A stretch of 64,000 nucleotides of DNA from Vulcanimicrobiota bacterium (GCA_963812155.1 CAWETW010000003.1:640001-704000), one strand, 5' to 3'; shown: positions 30,994 to 40,849, numbered from the stretch's first letter. Notes: generated from the letters alone by a model not told the origin. A program made the numbers and translations.

Positions 30994-31749
30994 GTGATCG
31001 TGCCTCCGATTCCGTTTCCCAAGCGAAGGGTTTCCCGCAGCGTCGCCCTCGCACAATTAGCGATTCTCGAACGCTCGTATCCCAATCCGCAGACCGCGCT
31101 CGATCATCGCAACGATTTCGAGTTGCTCGTCGCGGTCATTCTGTCGGCGCAGTGCACCGATGCGCGCGTGAATCTCACCACGCCGGCGCTGTTTGCTAAG
31201 TATCCGACCGCCGCGGCCTTGGCGCGCGCGCAACAGCCGGACGTCGAGAAGATCGTCAAGTCGTGCGGATTTTTCCGAATGAAGGCGCGCAACGTCATCG
31301 CTTGCGCACGCGATATCGAAGAGCGTTTCGGCGGAAGCGTACCCCGGGAGCGGGAGGAACTGGAGTCGCTGGCCGGCGTCGGCCGCAAGACGGCCAGCGT
31401 CGTGATGGCAAATGCGTTCGCGCAAGAGGCGCTGGCGGTCGACACCCACGTCTTTCGCGTTTCCCATCGCCTCGGTTTCACGACCGGTACGACCCCGCGT
31501 CAGGTCGAGGACGACCTCACCGCGCTCGTTCCCGCGCCGAAGTGGGGCGCCGCCACGCATTGGCTGATTCTGCACGGCCGCGCCATCTGCAAGGCGCCGA
31601 CGCCGCTATGTGGCCGCTGCCCGCTCGCGCAGCGTTGCCCGACGCCGGCGATACTGGCTAAAATCGTAGCGGTCCGGGCTCGTTCAAGTGGGCGGGTCGC
31701 GGAAGCTCGGCGTCCGACGCGAGCGACTTCAACAAAGAAGAAGCGGTAA
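30994..31749 (+). CDS. nth: Endonuclease III
   Basis: FELLVAVILSAQCTD, LAGVGRKTA, VDTHVFRV and HGRAICKAPTPLCGRCPLAQRC. Confidence 0.95.
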   Translation: MIVPPIPFPKRRVSRSVALAQLAILERSYPNPQTALDHRNDFELLVAVILSAQCTDARVNLTTPALFAKYPTAAALARAQQPDVEKIVKSCGFFRMKARNVIACARDIEERFGGSVPREREELESLAGVGRKTASVVMANAFAQEALAVDTHVFRVSHRLGFTTGTTPRQVEDDLTALVPAPKWGAATHWLILHGRAICKAPTPLCGRCPLAQRCPTPAILAKIVAVRARSSGRVAEARRPTRATSTKKKR

Positions 31750-32179
31750 GGCGTTCGCCGTAGCCCGATTCGGTCGAGATTTTTGAAAGATTGATGAGCG
31801 CCGGGATCGCAGAAGCGGGATCGAATTGGTATTCGCCGTCGAGGTCCATGCCGCTTACGCGAACGGTTTGATGCACGTCGTCGAGCTCGAGCGAGACGCG
31901 CCGTCCGCGAAAGCGCAGGCGCACGCGCAGCGGCCGTTCGAGGCGAATCAACGTCACGCCGCTGCGGTCACCTAGAATCGAATTGAGGCGCTTGCATCCC
32001 GCCGCCGCGTTCTCGGCAAAGAGACGCAGCGACTCCTCGGCGTCTTCGGCACGGCGCCGCACCGGCGACTCGTCGGCGGCGTCGGCGGCACGCGCGAGTT
32101 CGCGCTTGGCGCGGATGCGCGTCGCCGCGGCGACGATTGGATTTTCCCCCGTAAAGTCCGGGTCCATCGGGTCGGGCAT
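31658..32179 (-). CDS. Hypothetical protein
   Basis: 173-aa ORF with globular composition and GGAG upstream. Its 3' end overlaps nth. Confidence 0.65.
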   Translation of the reverse strand: MPDPMDPDFTGENPIVAAATRIRAKRELARAADAADESPVRRRAEDAEESLRLFAENAAAGCKRLNSILGDRSGVTLIRLERPLRVRLRFRGRRVSLELDDVHQTVRVSGMDLDGEYQFDPASAIPALINLSKISTESGYGERLTASSLLKSLASDAELPRPAHLNEPGPLRF

Positions 32180-32260
32180 TGCGTTTCTGCCTTTCTCCAC
32201 GATGCGGGACGAGGCCCGGTGATGAGCGAAATGTCGGCGCTCCGGAGGTTCCTTCGTCTC

Positions 32261-33637
32261 ATGAAATACGCCGCGTCGTTGTGTTTTGCGCTCGCATTAG
32301 TCATTGCGGCGTGCGCCGGGCCGCAACAAGGTGCAACGGTACCCTACGGCAGGGAGCGCTCGCTCGCGTTGCGGCACGGTGGGCGCTTTCCGACGCCGAT
32401 TCAGCACGTCATCATCGTCTTTCAAGAAAACCGGACGCCCGATTATCTCTTTCAGGGCATGCTGCCGTATGGTGCGAACATTGCAACGACGGCGGTGGAT
32501 TCGCTTGGAGATCCCGTACCGCTCAAACCGATCTCACTGGCGGCTCCCTACGACTTGGGTCACAGCCATCCGAATTTTCTCGACGATTGCGACCTGCAGC
32601 CGACCAACACGTGCAAGATGGACGGGTTCGACAGCTACCTTCCGGTGAAGTACCATCTGCGACCGTACGGCTACGCGCCGCAGTCCGAAGTGCAGCCGTA
32701 TCTCGATATGGCGACGCAGTACGTGTTCGCCGACAACATGTTTCAGTCGAACGAAGCCGGCAGTTTTCCCGCGCACCAATATATCATCGGCGGCGACGCG
32801 TATGCCGAGCCGGAGACGATGGACGACGTTTCGAGCGATCCGTACAACAGCAAAACGGGTCGAAAAACGCCCGCCGGATGCGACGCGCCGGTGCAGGCCG
32901 TGGTCGACACGATCGATCCCGTCACCGGCTCGCCGGGCCCGTCGCCGTTCCCGTGCTTCGAGCATCAAACGCTCTCCGATTTGCTCGACAATCGCGGCAT
33001 CTCGTGGAAGTATTACCAAAACGGAATGGGAGCGGGACTTTGGCACGGACCGGATGCGATCCATCACATCCGCTACGGCCCCGACTATCGCTTCGTCGTG
33101 ACGCCGCCGCAGACGATCCTCACCGATATTGCCAGCGGAAAGTTGCCGGGAATGTCGTGGCTGATGCCGGCTGACGGTTATCATTCCGACCACGCCGGCA
33201 ACAAGAGCATCGCGGGGCCGTCATGGGTAGCGGCAGTCGTCAACGCGGTCGGACAGAGCCAGTACTGGAACTCGACCGCAATTCTCATTACATGGGACGA
33301 TTGGGGCGGGTGGTACGATCACGTGCAGCCGGTGCTGTTCAATACCTACGAACTCGGATTCCGAGTTCCGCTGGTGGTCATTTCGCCCTACGCGAAGATG
33401 AACTCACCCAGCGGCGGCGGATACGTTTCACACGTGCAGTACGAGTTCGGCAGTCTGCTCGCGTTTGCCGAGGAGACGTTCGCAATCCCAAAGGGATCTC
33501 TCAAGTCGACCGACGTGCGCGCCAACGATCTGTCCGATGCGTTCGATTTTACGCAATCCCCGCGGCCGTTCGTGGTCATCAGCGCGCCGCCGTTCGTTCC
33601 GGGCAAAGGCTCACTAAAGGACGAAGAGGATCCTTAA
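32261..33637 (+). CDS. Phosphoesterase / phospholipase C family lipoprotein (paralog of 13938-15284)
   Basis: IAAC lipobox, IQHVIIVFQENRTPD, QYVFADNMF, SDHAG, WDDWGGWYDHV and GFRVP. Confidence 0.9.
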   Translation: MKYAASLCFALALVIAACAGPQQGATVPYGRERSLALRHGGRFPTPIQHVIIVFQENRTPDYLFQGMLPYGANIATTAVDSLGDPVPLKPISLAAPYDLGHSHPNFLDDCDLQPTNTCKMDGFDSYLPVKYHLRPYGYAPQSEVQPYLDMATQYVFADNMFQSNEAGSFPAHQYIIGGDAYAEPETMDDVSSDPYNSKTGRKTPAGCDAPVQAVVDTIDPVTGSPGPSPFPCFEHQTLSDLLDNRGISWKYYQNGMGAGLWHGPDAIHHIRYGPDYRFVVTPPQTILTDIASGKLPGMSWLMPADGYHSDHAGNKSIAGPSWVAAVVNAVGQSQYWNSTAILITWDDWGGWYDHVQPVLFNTYELGFRVPLVVISPYAKMNSPSGGGYVSHVQYEFGSLLAFAEETFAIPKGSLKSTDVRANDLSDAFDFTQSPRPFVVISAPPFVPGKGSLKDEEDP

Positions 33638-33740
33638 GAAAGGTCCGATTTATTCCAAATCGAGGAAGCGAGGGTTGAAGTTTGCTATGGCAAATAAGAC
33701 CCGAGCTGACGACGAGTTGGGAGAAATCAGGCCTTTCTTA
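33635..33740 (+). repeat. 106-bp palindromic element, copy 1 (MITE/RPE-like)
   Basis: Terminal inverted repeats taagaaaggtccgatttattccaa / ttgggagaaatcaggcctttctta and an internal hairpin. Fills the whole gap between two convergent TAA stops. About 81% identical to the reverse complement of 36818-36923. Confidence 0.85.
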
Positions 33741-34910
33741 CTTGCCTTTGCCGACGAGGTTGCGGGATATGACAAGGCGCTGAATCTGTTGCGTGCCTTC
33801 GTAGATTTGCGTGATCTTCGCGTCGCGCATCATGCGCTCCACCGGATACTCGACCGAATAGCCGAATCCGCCGAGAATTTGCACGGCATCGGTGGTGACC
33901 GACATCGCGACGTCGCCGCATTTGAGTTTCGCCATCGCCGCCCATAGCGTGACGTCGGGACCGCCCGCATCGCAACGCCGGGCCGCTTCGTAAAGAAGCA
34001 GCCGAGCTGCTTCGACTTCCGTCTTCATGTCGGCGAGCATGAACCCAATGCCCTGATGCTGGCCGATCGGCTTGCCGAATGCGAACCGCTCCTTGGCATA
34101 GTTGGTGGCGTACTCGAGGGCGCCGGCGGCAATGCCGAGCGCCTGCGCCGCGATGCCGGGCCGGGACTTGTCGAGCACGCGCATCGCAATTTTGAATCCC
34201 TCGCCTTCCTCGCCCAGACGGTTGGCCGCCGGCACGCGACAGTCGTTGAACACGAGTTCGACTGTGGGTGAGCCGCGGATACCCATTTTTTTCTCGAGTT
34301 TGCCGACGGCGAATCCGGGCGCACTTTTTTCGACCACGAACGCGCTGACGCCGCGCGATCCCGCATCGGGATCGGTGACCGCGAAGACGCAGACGACGTC
34401 GGCGACGCTGCCGTTGGTAATCCAAATCTTCTGACCGTTGAGCAGATAGTCGTCGCCGTCGCGCACCGCGCGCGTACGCATCGAGCCGAGGGCATCGGAA
34501 CCGCTGGAGACTTCGGTGAGCGCGTAAGCGACGAGATGCTCCCCGGAAGCGATTTTTGGGAGAAAGCGCTGTTTCTGTTCTTCGCTGCCGGCGATCATGA
34601 TCGGCAGCATGCCGAGCTCTTGCACGGCGACGATCAGCGAACTCGACGCACACGCTTTGGCGACCTCTTCGACGACTTTCACGTACGTGAGGAAAGTGCC
34701 GCCGAGGCCGCCGTACTCGGCGGGAATCGGTACGCCGAGCAGATCGTTCTGCGCGAAAAGTTCCTTGACGTCCCATGGAAACTCGCCGTTTTCGTCGATC
34801 GCGGCGGCGCGGGGCGCGACGCGCTCCGCAACGAGTTCGCGGACGACCGAGAGCATCAGCTCCTCTTCGTCGCCGGTATGGGTGTCGGTTAGCGGTGCGG
34901 TCGTCGTCAT
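33738..34910 (-). CDS. Acyl-CoA dehydrogenase
   Basis: YALTE..SGSDA, LNGQKIWITNG, EKKMGIRGSPT, FGKPIGQHQ, AVQILGG and IYEGTQQIQR. Confidence 0.95.
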   Translation of the reverse strand: MTTTAPLTDTHTGDEEELMLSVVRELVAERVAPRAAAIDENGEFPWDVKELFAQNDLLGVPIPAEYGGLGGTFLTYVKVVEEVAKACASSSLIVAVQELGMLPIMIAGSEEQKQRFLPKIASGEHLVAYALTEVSSGSDALGSMRTRAVRDGDDYLLNGQKIWITNGSVADVVCVFAVTDPDAGSRGVSAFVVEKSAPGFAVGKLEKKMGIRGSPTVELVFNDCRVPAANRLGEEGEGFKIAMRVLDKSRPGIAAQALGIAAGALEYATNYAKERFAFGKPIGQHQGIGFMLADMKTEVEAARLLLYEAARRCDAGGPDVTLWAAMAKLKCGDVAMSVTTDAVQILGGFGYSVEYPVERMMRDAKITQIYEGTQQIQRLVISRNLVGKGK

Positions 34911-34999
34911 GCGTACTCTCCTGACGAGCGCGACTTCGCGTTGCGGCCCGGCGATTCTTTGGCAGGACGACGGAGCGACTCCCCGCATACTGGCGGATC

Positions 35000-35755
35000 A
35001 TGGAGAAAGTCTTCGCATCGTGCGCCGATGCGGTCGCCGACATTCCTAACGGGGCCTCGCTGGCGGTCGGCGGCTTCGGCCTGAGCGGCATCCCGCACAA
35101 CTTGATCGAGGCGCTGCTCGAACAGGGAGCCGGCGGCCTCGTCACCGTCTCGAACAACTGCGGCGTCGACGGATGGGGGCTTGGAGTCTTGCTCGACCAC
35201 AAGCGAATCCGCCGGACCACCGGCTCCTACGTCGGAGAGAACCGCGAGTTCGAACGGCAATATCTTTCGGGCGAACTCGAGGTCGAACTCTGCCCGCAAG
35301 GCACGCTGGCCGAGCGCCTCCGCGCGGGCGGCTGCGGCATTCCGGCGTTTTACACGTCGGCCGGCGACGGCACGATGGTCGCGGACGGCGGCCTGCCGTG
35401 GCGCTACAATGCCGACGGCAGCGTCGCGATCGCTTCGCCGAAGAAGGAGACCCGCGTCTTCGGAGGCCGCGAGTACGTGCTCGAAGAGGGCATCGTCTGC
35501 GATTTTGCGCTGGTGCGCGCGTCGGTCGGCGATCGCGACGGAAACCTCATCTTCCACAAGGCGACGCGCAACTTCAATCCGCTGTGCGCTATGGCGGGCC
35601 GCGCGACCATCGCCGAGGTCGAGGAACTGGTCGAACCCGGCGACATCGCTCCCGACAACGTGCATCTGCCGGGCATCTTCGTTCAACGCATCGTCCGCGT
35701 GGGATCGCAGGGCAAACGCATCGAGCGCGTCACGACGCGCAAGCGAGCGGGGTAA
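35000..35755 (+). CDS. scoA: 3-oxoacid CoA-transferase subunit A
   Basis: [33 protein letters not shown] and RNFNP. Confidence 0.93.
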   Translation: MEKVFASCADAVADIPNGASLAVGGFGLSGIPHNLIEALLEQGAGGLVTVSNNCGVDGWGLGVLLDHKRIRRTTGSYVGENREFERQYLSGELEVELCPQGTLAERLRAGGCGIPAFYTSAGDGTMVADGGLPWRYNADGSVAIASPKKETRVFGGREYVLEEGIVCDFALVRASVGDRDGNLIFHKATRNFNPLCAMAGRATIAEVEELVEPGDIAPDNVHLPGIFVQRIVRVGSQGKRIERVTTRKRAG

Positions 35756-35760
35756 TCGCA

Positions 35761-36429
35761 ATGGCTCTTACTCGAACGCAACTTGCGGCGCGCGTGGCCC
35801 AGGAACTGCGCGACGGTCAATACGTCAATCTCGGCATCGGATTGCCCACGTTGATCCCGAACTACGTGCCGCCCGGCGTCACCGTGACGCTGCAGAGCGA
35901 GAACGGCATTCTCGGCATGGGCCCGTATCCGTTCGAAGGCGAGGAAGAAGCCGACCTGATCAATGCAGGCAAGGAGACGGTTACGGTGTTGCCGGGCGCG
36001 TCGTTCTTCGATTCGGCGCTGTCGTTCGGCATGATTCGCGGCGGACACATCGATCTCGCAGTGCTGGGCGCGATGCAGGTCTCCGAAACCGGCGACCTCG
36101 CAAACTGGATGATTCCCGGCAAAATGGTCAAGGGCATGGGCGGCGCAATGGATCTCGTGCACGGCGCCAAGCGCGTCATCGTAATGATGGAGCACGTCGC
36201 CAAGGGAGGCGCCCATAAAATCGTTCGCCGTTGCACGCTGCCGCTCACGGGGAAAAACGTCGTGCATCGCATCATCACCGATATGGGAGCGATGGATATC
36301 ACGCCCGACGGTCTCGTGCTTCGTGAGTTGGCGCCGGGGGTTTCCCTGGAAGAAATTCGGCAAGCAACCGAACCGGAACTTCACGTGCCCGTCGATCCGA
36401 TCGTCATGGACGTTCCCGGCAGCGCATAA
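35761..36429 (+). CDS. scoB: 3-oxoacid CoA-transferase subunit B
   Basis: [24 protein letters not shown] and [12 protein letters not shown]. Confidence 0.95.
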   Translation: MALTRTQLAARVAQELRDGQYVNLGIGLPTLIPNYVPPGVTVTLQSENGILGMGPYPFEGEEEADLINAGKETVTVLPGASFFDSALSFGMIRGGHIDLAVLGAMQVSETGDLANWMIPGKMVKGMGGAMDLVHGAKRVIVMMEHVAKGGAHKIVRRCTLPLTGKNVVHRIITDMGAMDITPDGLVLRELAPGVSLEEIRQATEPELHVPVDPIVMDVPGSA

Positions 36430-36553
36430 AACATACGTTAGAGGGTACTTAGAACCGCCGGGATTCACGGTGCGGCGACGAACGGAAGGCGCTCGTACCG
36501 CGTTAAGACGGTACCAACGAATCTCGTCACTTCGCAATCCGGAGGAAACTTGC

Positions 36554-36820
36554 ATGACACGACTCATTTCCAAGCTCGGGCTGGCCCCGCTGATCTTCGC
36601 TTTCGGTCTCATCGCCGGCGGCGCGCTGATGGGCACCGCGCTCGCCGTCACGCAGCCGCACATGCAGAACGCGCTCTCGGCGCTGCAGACGGCGCAATAC
36701 GAACTATCGCACGCGAATGCCGACAAGGGTGGCCATCGCGACGCAGCGCTCAACTCCACCAACCAAGCGATCCAGCAGGTTCGTCAAGGCATTCAGTACG
36801 CCAACTACTACCACCGTTAA
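36554..36820 (+). CDS. Small secreted helical protein (88 aa)
   Basis: GGAGG RBS, signal peptide, then QPHMQNALSALQ...ADKGGHR..A, a helical-hairpin pattern. Confidence 0.75.
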   Translation: MTRLISKLGLAPLIFAFGLIAGGALMGTALAVTQPHMQNALSALQTAQYELSHANADKGGHRDAALNSTNQAIQQVRQGIQYANYYHR

Positions 36821-36923
36821 GGAAGCTCTGATTTATCCCAACTCGTCGTCAACTCGGGCCTCATTTACCACAGTAAACTTCGGCCCTCGTTTCCTAGATT
36901 TGAAATAAATCAGCGCTTCCTTG
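36818..36923 (-). repeat. 106-bp palindromic element, copy 2 (inverted relative to copy 1)
   Basis: Terminal inverted repeats aaggaagctctgatttat / ataaatcagcgcttcctt (17/18). Begins at the TAA of the small protein. About 45% GC. Confidence 0.85.
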
Positions 36924-36948
36924 GATTCACACTGAAGCCGACGCCCGC

Positions 36949-36975
36949 GACCGCGCTTACACCGTAAGCGCGGTC
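36949..36975. terminator. Perfect 12-bp hairpin, likely terminator between convergent genes
   Basis: GACCGCGCTTAC-ACC-GTAAGCGCGGTC. Confidence 0.65.
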
Positions 36976-36976
36976 T

Positions 36977-37413
36977 TCATTCACAGTGGACGCCCCCTTG
37001 GAACATCGCGGCACGGATGGCGAGCCGCTGCGCATCGTCTAAGTCGGGATCGGCGTACAAGTCGGCGGTCACCATGTGAAAGACGTATGCCTCCTGCACG
37101 GTCGGCGCTTCGTTGCACGGCATTTGCCAGAAGCGAACGAAATAGCGCACGCGCCAGCCGATCCCGCCGTTCGCGAACGAGCCGAGGCTGCCGTCGGCGC
37201 GATCGCACGCGACGAGTTCGTCGAAGTCCGCATCGACGGGTTTGCAGCGCGTAGAAACCGCGGCGCGCACGAGCGGTGACGCGGCCTCCGGCTGCAGTGC
37301 TCCGAAACTGGGCCGGCCGGTTGACCCCGCGTAACTGCAGCCGGCGAGCGTGAGCGCCGTCGCGGCGGCGGGGCGGCGGCGTAAAGGCGTGCGGGCCTTA
37401 CAAAGAGATCCAC
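36977..37413 (-). CDS. Hypothetical Cys-containing lipoprotein (frameshift near 37370)
   Basis: GTG start MDLFVRPARLYAAA; after a 1-nt shift, AATALTLAGC lipobox in frame with the 36977..37270 ORF. Confidence 0.55.
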
Positions 37414-37443
37414 AATCGGTACCATGCGCGGCGGTCCTCTCAA

Positions 37444-37471
37444 AGCAGCAAGCGCAAGGGCGCTTGCTGCT
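37444..37471. terminator. Perfect 12-bp hairpin downstream of the ABC transporter
   Basis: AGCAGCAAGCGC-AAGG-GCGCTTGCTGCT. Confidence 0.5.
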
Positions 37472-37567
37472 CCCATGGTCTCTCTTGGGCCGACCCGGCG
37501 TACACCGACGTTTGGGCGGCCGACCCGCACGTTTGCCGCTACGGGTCCTTTGTATGGGTGCCGCGGC

Positions 37568-39382
37568 TCAGGATGAGACCGCGAGGTCGCGGAACTGCGT
37601 GCGGTACAGTCGCGCGTACAAGCCGCCGCGCGCCAGCAGCTCGGCGTGGCGTCCGGTTTCGACGATGCGGCCGCCGTCGACGACGAAGATCTTGTCGGCC
37701 GCGAGAATCGTGGAGAGACGGTGCGCAATGACGAGACTCGTGCGTCCGCGCATCGCCGTGACGAGCGCGGCTTGAATGGCCGCCTCATTTTCCGAATCGA
37801 GCGAACTGGTCGCTTCGTCTAAGATGAGAATGCGCGGATCTTTTAGCAGCACGCGCGCGATCGCTAGACGCTGGCGCTCGCCGCCGGAGAGCTTGTGCCC
37901 GCGCTCGCCGACGACGGTTTCGTATCCGTCGCGAAGTGAGATGATGAAATCGTGGATGTTGGCCGCGCGCGCAGCGACGGCGATTTCGGTGTCGGTCGCC
38001 CCGGGTTTCCCGTAGCGCAGATTGTTCGCGACCGTGTCGTGAAAAAGATAGGTCTCCTGCGTGACGATGCCCACGTTGCGCCGCAGCGACTCGAGATCGA
38101 TCGTACGCACGTCGTGCCCGTCGACGAGCACCCGGCCGCTCTGCGGATCGTAAAAGCGCGGAACGAGCTGAGTGATCGTCGTCTTGCCCGCGCCCGACGG
38201 ACCGACGAATGCAACCGCATCCCCGGCGTTGACGTGGAACGAGACGTTCTCGAGAACCGTTCGCGACGGCGCGTCGTAGGAGAAGGTGACGTCCTCGAAG
38301 GTAATCTCGCCGCGCACCGCGGCGAGCGAAACGGCGCCCTTGGGTTCGTATTCCTCAGGCTTCATGTCGAGATAGTCGAAAATCCGTTCGAAGACCGCGA
38401 GCGCGCTGACGATTTGCACCTGAATTCCGGCAAGCGCCGCCGCCGGACCGTACAAACGCCCTTGAATGAACGAGACGAAGGCCACGATAACGCCGACTTG
38501 CAAGCTGCCCGCGATGGCGTACCAGCCGCCGCCGAACCATACCAGCGCCGGCCCGACGATCACCATCGCCGTGACCGACGCGAGGAACCAGCGCCCGACC
38601 ATCGCGAGATCGATCTCGAGCTGCATCAGTCGAGTGCCGACCTCGTAGAACCGGGCCCGTTCGTACGCCTCCCGCGCGAACGATTTGATCAGCGTGATGC
38701 CGCTGATGGACAGCGTCTCTTGCGTGATCGACTCGATCTGGTCGCGCTTCACGCGCGTCTTTTTGCGCACGTCGTACATGCGGCGGCCGACCGGCCCGAG
38801 CGGAATGACCATCAGCGGAACGATCGCGATCGAGATCAGCGCCAGCCGCCAGTTCCAGACGAACATGGCCGCCAGCGTCGACAAGATGAGGACGACGTTG
38901 GTGACGATCGACGTCAGCGTACCCGTGACGACATTGTCGACGTTGTCGACGTCGTTGCTGACGCGGTTCATGATTTCGCCGGTTTTGGTACCGGTAAAGA
39001 AGGAGAGAGGCATGCGGTGGAGATGCGCGACCAGCTCCGTGCGAATATCGCGCATGATGCCCTCGCCGACGAACGAGTTCAGAAATCCCTGAACGACGCC
39101 CAGCAGTGCGGCAAGCAACGCGGACGCCAAAATGACGCCGACGTCGATGCCGAGTTCGGTAAGGTTGCGCCGCGGTATCGCGACGTCGATGATGCGCGCC
39201 GTCATGAAACCAGGGGCGAGGCCCAGCACCGATGCAACGACGATGCACGCGAGCACCATCGTCTGCTGGATCCAGTAGGGCGCGAACAGGCGCCCCATCC
39301 GTTTCCAGTCGACGCGGCGCCGGATCTCGGGTTTGTCGGGCCGGTACATGGCGGACCACATCAGCCCGTGCCCGCTCATCAT
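37568..39382 (-). CDS. ABC exporter, fused permease/ATPase (MsbA-like)
   Basis: Six TM helices, GPSGAGKTT, LSGGERQRLAIAR, LILDEATS and IAHRLST. Confidence 0.95.
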   Translation of the reverse strand: MMSGHGLMWSAMYRPDKPEIRRRVDWKRMGRLFAPYWIQQTMVLACIVVASVLGLAPGFMTARIIDVAIPRRNLTELGIDVGVILASALLAALLGVVQGFLNSFVGEGIMRDIRTELVAHLHRMPLSFFTGTKTGEIMNRVSNDVDNVDNVVTGTLTSIVTNVVLILSTLAAMFVWNWRLALISIAIVPLMVIPLGPVGRRMYDVRKKTRVKRDQIESITQETLSISGITLIKSFAREAYERARFYEVGTRLMQLEIDLAMVGRWFLASVTAMVIVGPALVWFGGGWYAIAGSLQVGVIVAFVSFIQGRLYGPAAALAGIQVQIVSALAVFERIFDYLDMKPEEYEPKGAVSLAAVRGEITFEDVTFSYDAPSRTVLENVSFHVNAGDAVAFVGPSGAGKTTITQLVPRFYDPQSGRVLVDGHDVRTIDLESLRRNVGIVTQETYLFHDTVANNLRYGKPGATDTEIAVAARAANIHDFIISLRDGYETVVGERGHKLSGGERQRLAIARVLLKDPRILILDEATSSLDSENEAAIQAALVTAMRGRTSLVIAHRLSTILAADKIFVVDGGRIVETGRHAELLARGGLYARLYRTQFRDLAVSS

Positions 39383-39406
39383 GGCGCTACTACTCGGCAG
39401 CCGCCC

Positions 39407-39775
39407 CTAGTGCGGGACGGTGATTTGATGGAGCGAGACCTTGTTGCCCTCGAGGTCGTTGAAGGATGCGATCTTGCAAACCGGGGTTGCGTAGGGGTCC
39501 TCGGCATCGACGCCATTGGCGCGCAGATCGGCGACCGTTTTGTCGATATCGTCGACCTCGAAGACGACGCCCGACGCGCTACCGGGATCGCGCTGCATCC
39601 ACTCATGCGTCATGATGCTGAAATAGCCGCCGTTGATGTTGCTTTGATTGTACTTTTCGATGCCGTCCTCTTCGTACGGACCGTCGAACTTGAGTCCGAG
39701 CTTATCCTCGTACCACTTGCGCATCGTGGCGACGTCTTTTGAGGGGTACGCGGTAAACGCAATTTCTTTAATCAT
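39407..39775 (-). CDS. VOC/glyoxalase family protein
   Basis: IKEIAFTAYP...WYEDKLGL, VVFEVDDID and FNDLEGN. Confidence 0.85.
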   Translation of the reverse strand: MIKEIAFTAYPSKDVATMRKWYEDKLGLKFDGPYEEDGIEKYNQSNINGGYFSIMTHEWMQRDPGSASGVVFEVDDIDKTVADLRANGVDAEDPYATPVCKIASFNDLEGNKVSLHQITVPH

Positions 39776-39793
39776 GGAGTTCCTTTCTTTAGG

Positions 39794-39815
39794 GCGCCTC
39801 CGCTCGGGATGACAC
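39794..39815. repeat. REP-like copy
   Basis: gcgcctccgctcgggatgacac matches gcgcctccgctcaggatgaca at 24754 (20/21). Confidence 0.75.
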
Positions 39816-39832
39816 GGGCGGTGATGCGTGGC

Positions 39833-40849
39833 TTATGACATCGTGCCGTCGCGGAGGGATGCGAGTTCCTTGAAAAGTTTTTTCTCTTTGTCGCTGAGAT
39901 TCTGCGGAAGCCGGCCGACCAGTCTGACGTACTGATCCCCGCTGCCGCCGCCTTTCACGCGCGGCATGCCCTTTCCCGAAAGGCGCAGCAGACGATTGTT
40001 CTGCGTACCTTCGGGGATCGTCATCGCCACCTGACCGCCGAGCGTCGGCACCTTCACCTCGCCGCCGAGCAGCAAATCGTAGATGCTGACCGGCAGGTCG
40101 ACGTAGAGATCGTCGCCTTTTCGGCGGTACGTCTCGTCCTCGGGCGACTTTACGATGAGGTAGAGATCGCCGTTGGGACCGCCGTTGACGCCGGCGCCGC
40201 CTTGACCGGCGAGACGAATGCGCTGCCCTTCACCGATGCCTTTGGGGATCGTGACGTCGAACTTCTTGACGCCCAAGACTCGGCCGGTGCCGTGGCATTG
40301 CAGGCAGAGACGTCCGGCTTCGGTGCCGGTGCCGTGGCAGCGAGGGCAGACGTCTTCGATTTGCAGCGAGATCGATTTCGTGCCGCCGTCGTAGAGATCG
40401 CGCAGACCCAGTTCGATCGTCGTTTCCAAGTCTTGTCCGCGGTGCGAAAAGCTCGCGGCTCCGCCGGCCTGGCGCCGTCCGACGCCCGTAAAGAACATGT
40501 CGAAGAAATCCGAAAATCCGCTCGGACCGGCGGCGCCGCCTCCGCCGAAGTTTTCGAAGTCGAAGTCCTCGCCGCCCGCGCTGCTCCGGTAGCGCCGCTG
40601 CTGTTCGGCTTGGCGCGCGGCCTGCTGCCAATCCGGCCCGAGCAGATCGTATTTCTTGCGTTTCTCGGCGTCGCCGAGCACTTCGTAGGCCTCGGAGATT
40701 TCTTTGAACTTCTCCTCGGCTTCTTTGACGTTCTGCGGATTGGCGTCGGGATGCCATTTGCGGGCAAGCTTGCGATACGCCGATTTAACGTCTTTCTGCG
40801 CCGCATTTTTCGGGACGCCGAGAATCGCGTAGTAATCTCTGAAATTCAT
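39833..40849 (-). CDS. dnaJ: DnaJ-family co-chaperone with only two CxxCxGxG motifs
   Basis: J domain with HPD, G/F region, CPRCHGTG and CLQCHGTG, C-terminal domain GDLY. Follows dnaK-grpE. Confidence 0.9.
   Translation of the reverse strand: MNFRDYYAILGVPKNAAQKDVKSAYRKLARKWHPDANPQNVKEAEEKFKEISEAYEVLGDAEKRKKYDLLGPDWQQAARQAEQQRRYRSSAGGEDFDFENFGGGGAAGPSGFSDFFDMFFTGVGRRQAGGAASFSHRGQDLETTIELGLRDLYDGGTKSISLQIEDVCPRCHGTGTEAGRLCLQCHGTGRVLGVKKFDVTIPKGIGEGQRIRLAGQGGAGVNGGPNGDLYLIVKSPEDETYRRKGDDLYVDLPVSIYDLLLGGEVKVPTLGGQVAMTIPEGTQNNRLLRLSGKGMPRVKGGGSGDQYVRLVGRLPQNLSDKEKKLFKELASLRDGTMS

Noticed and set aside
37952..39742. Long antisense ORFs (also 14028-15428, 55253-56845, 57197-58723)
   Set aside because: Typical shadow ORFs of high-GC coding sequence, with no motifs.
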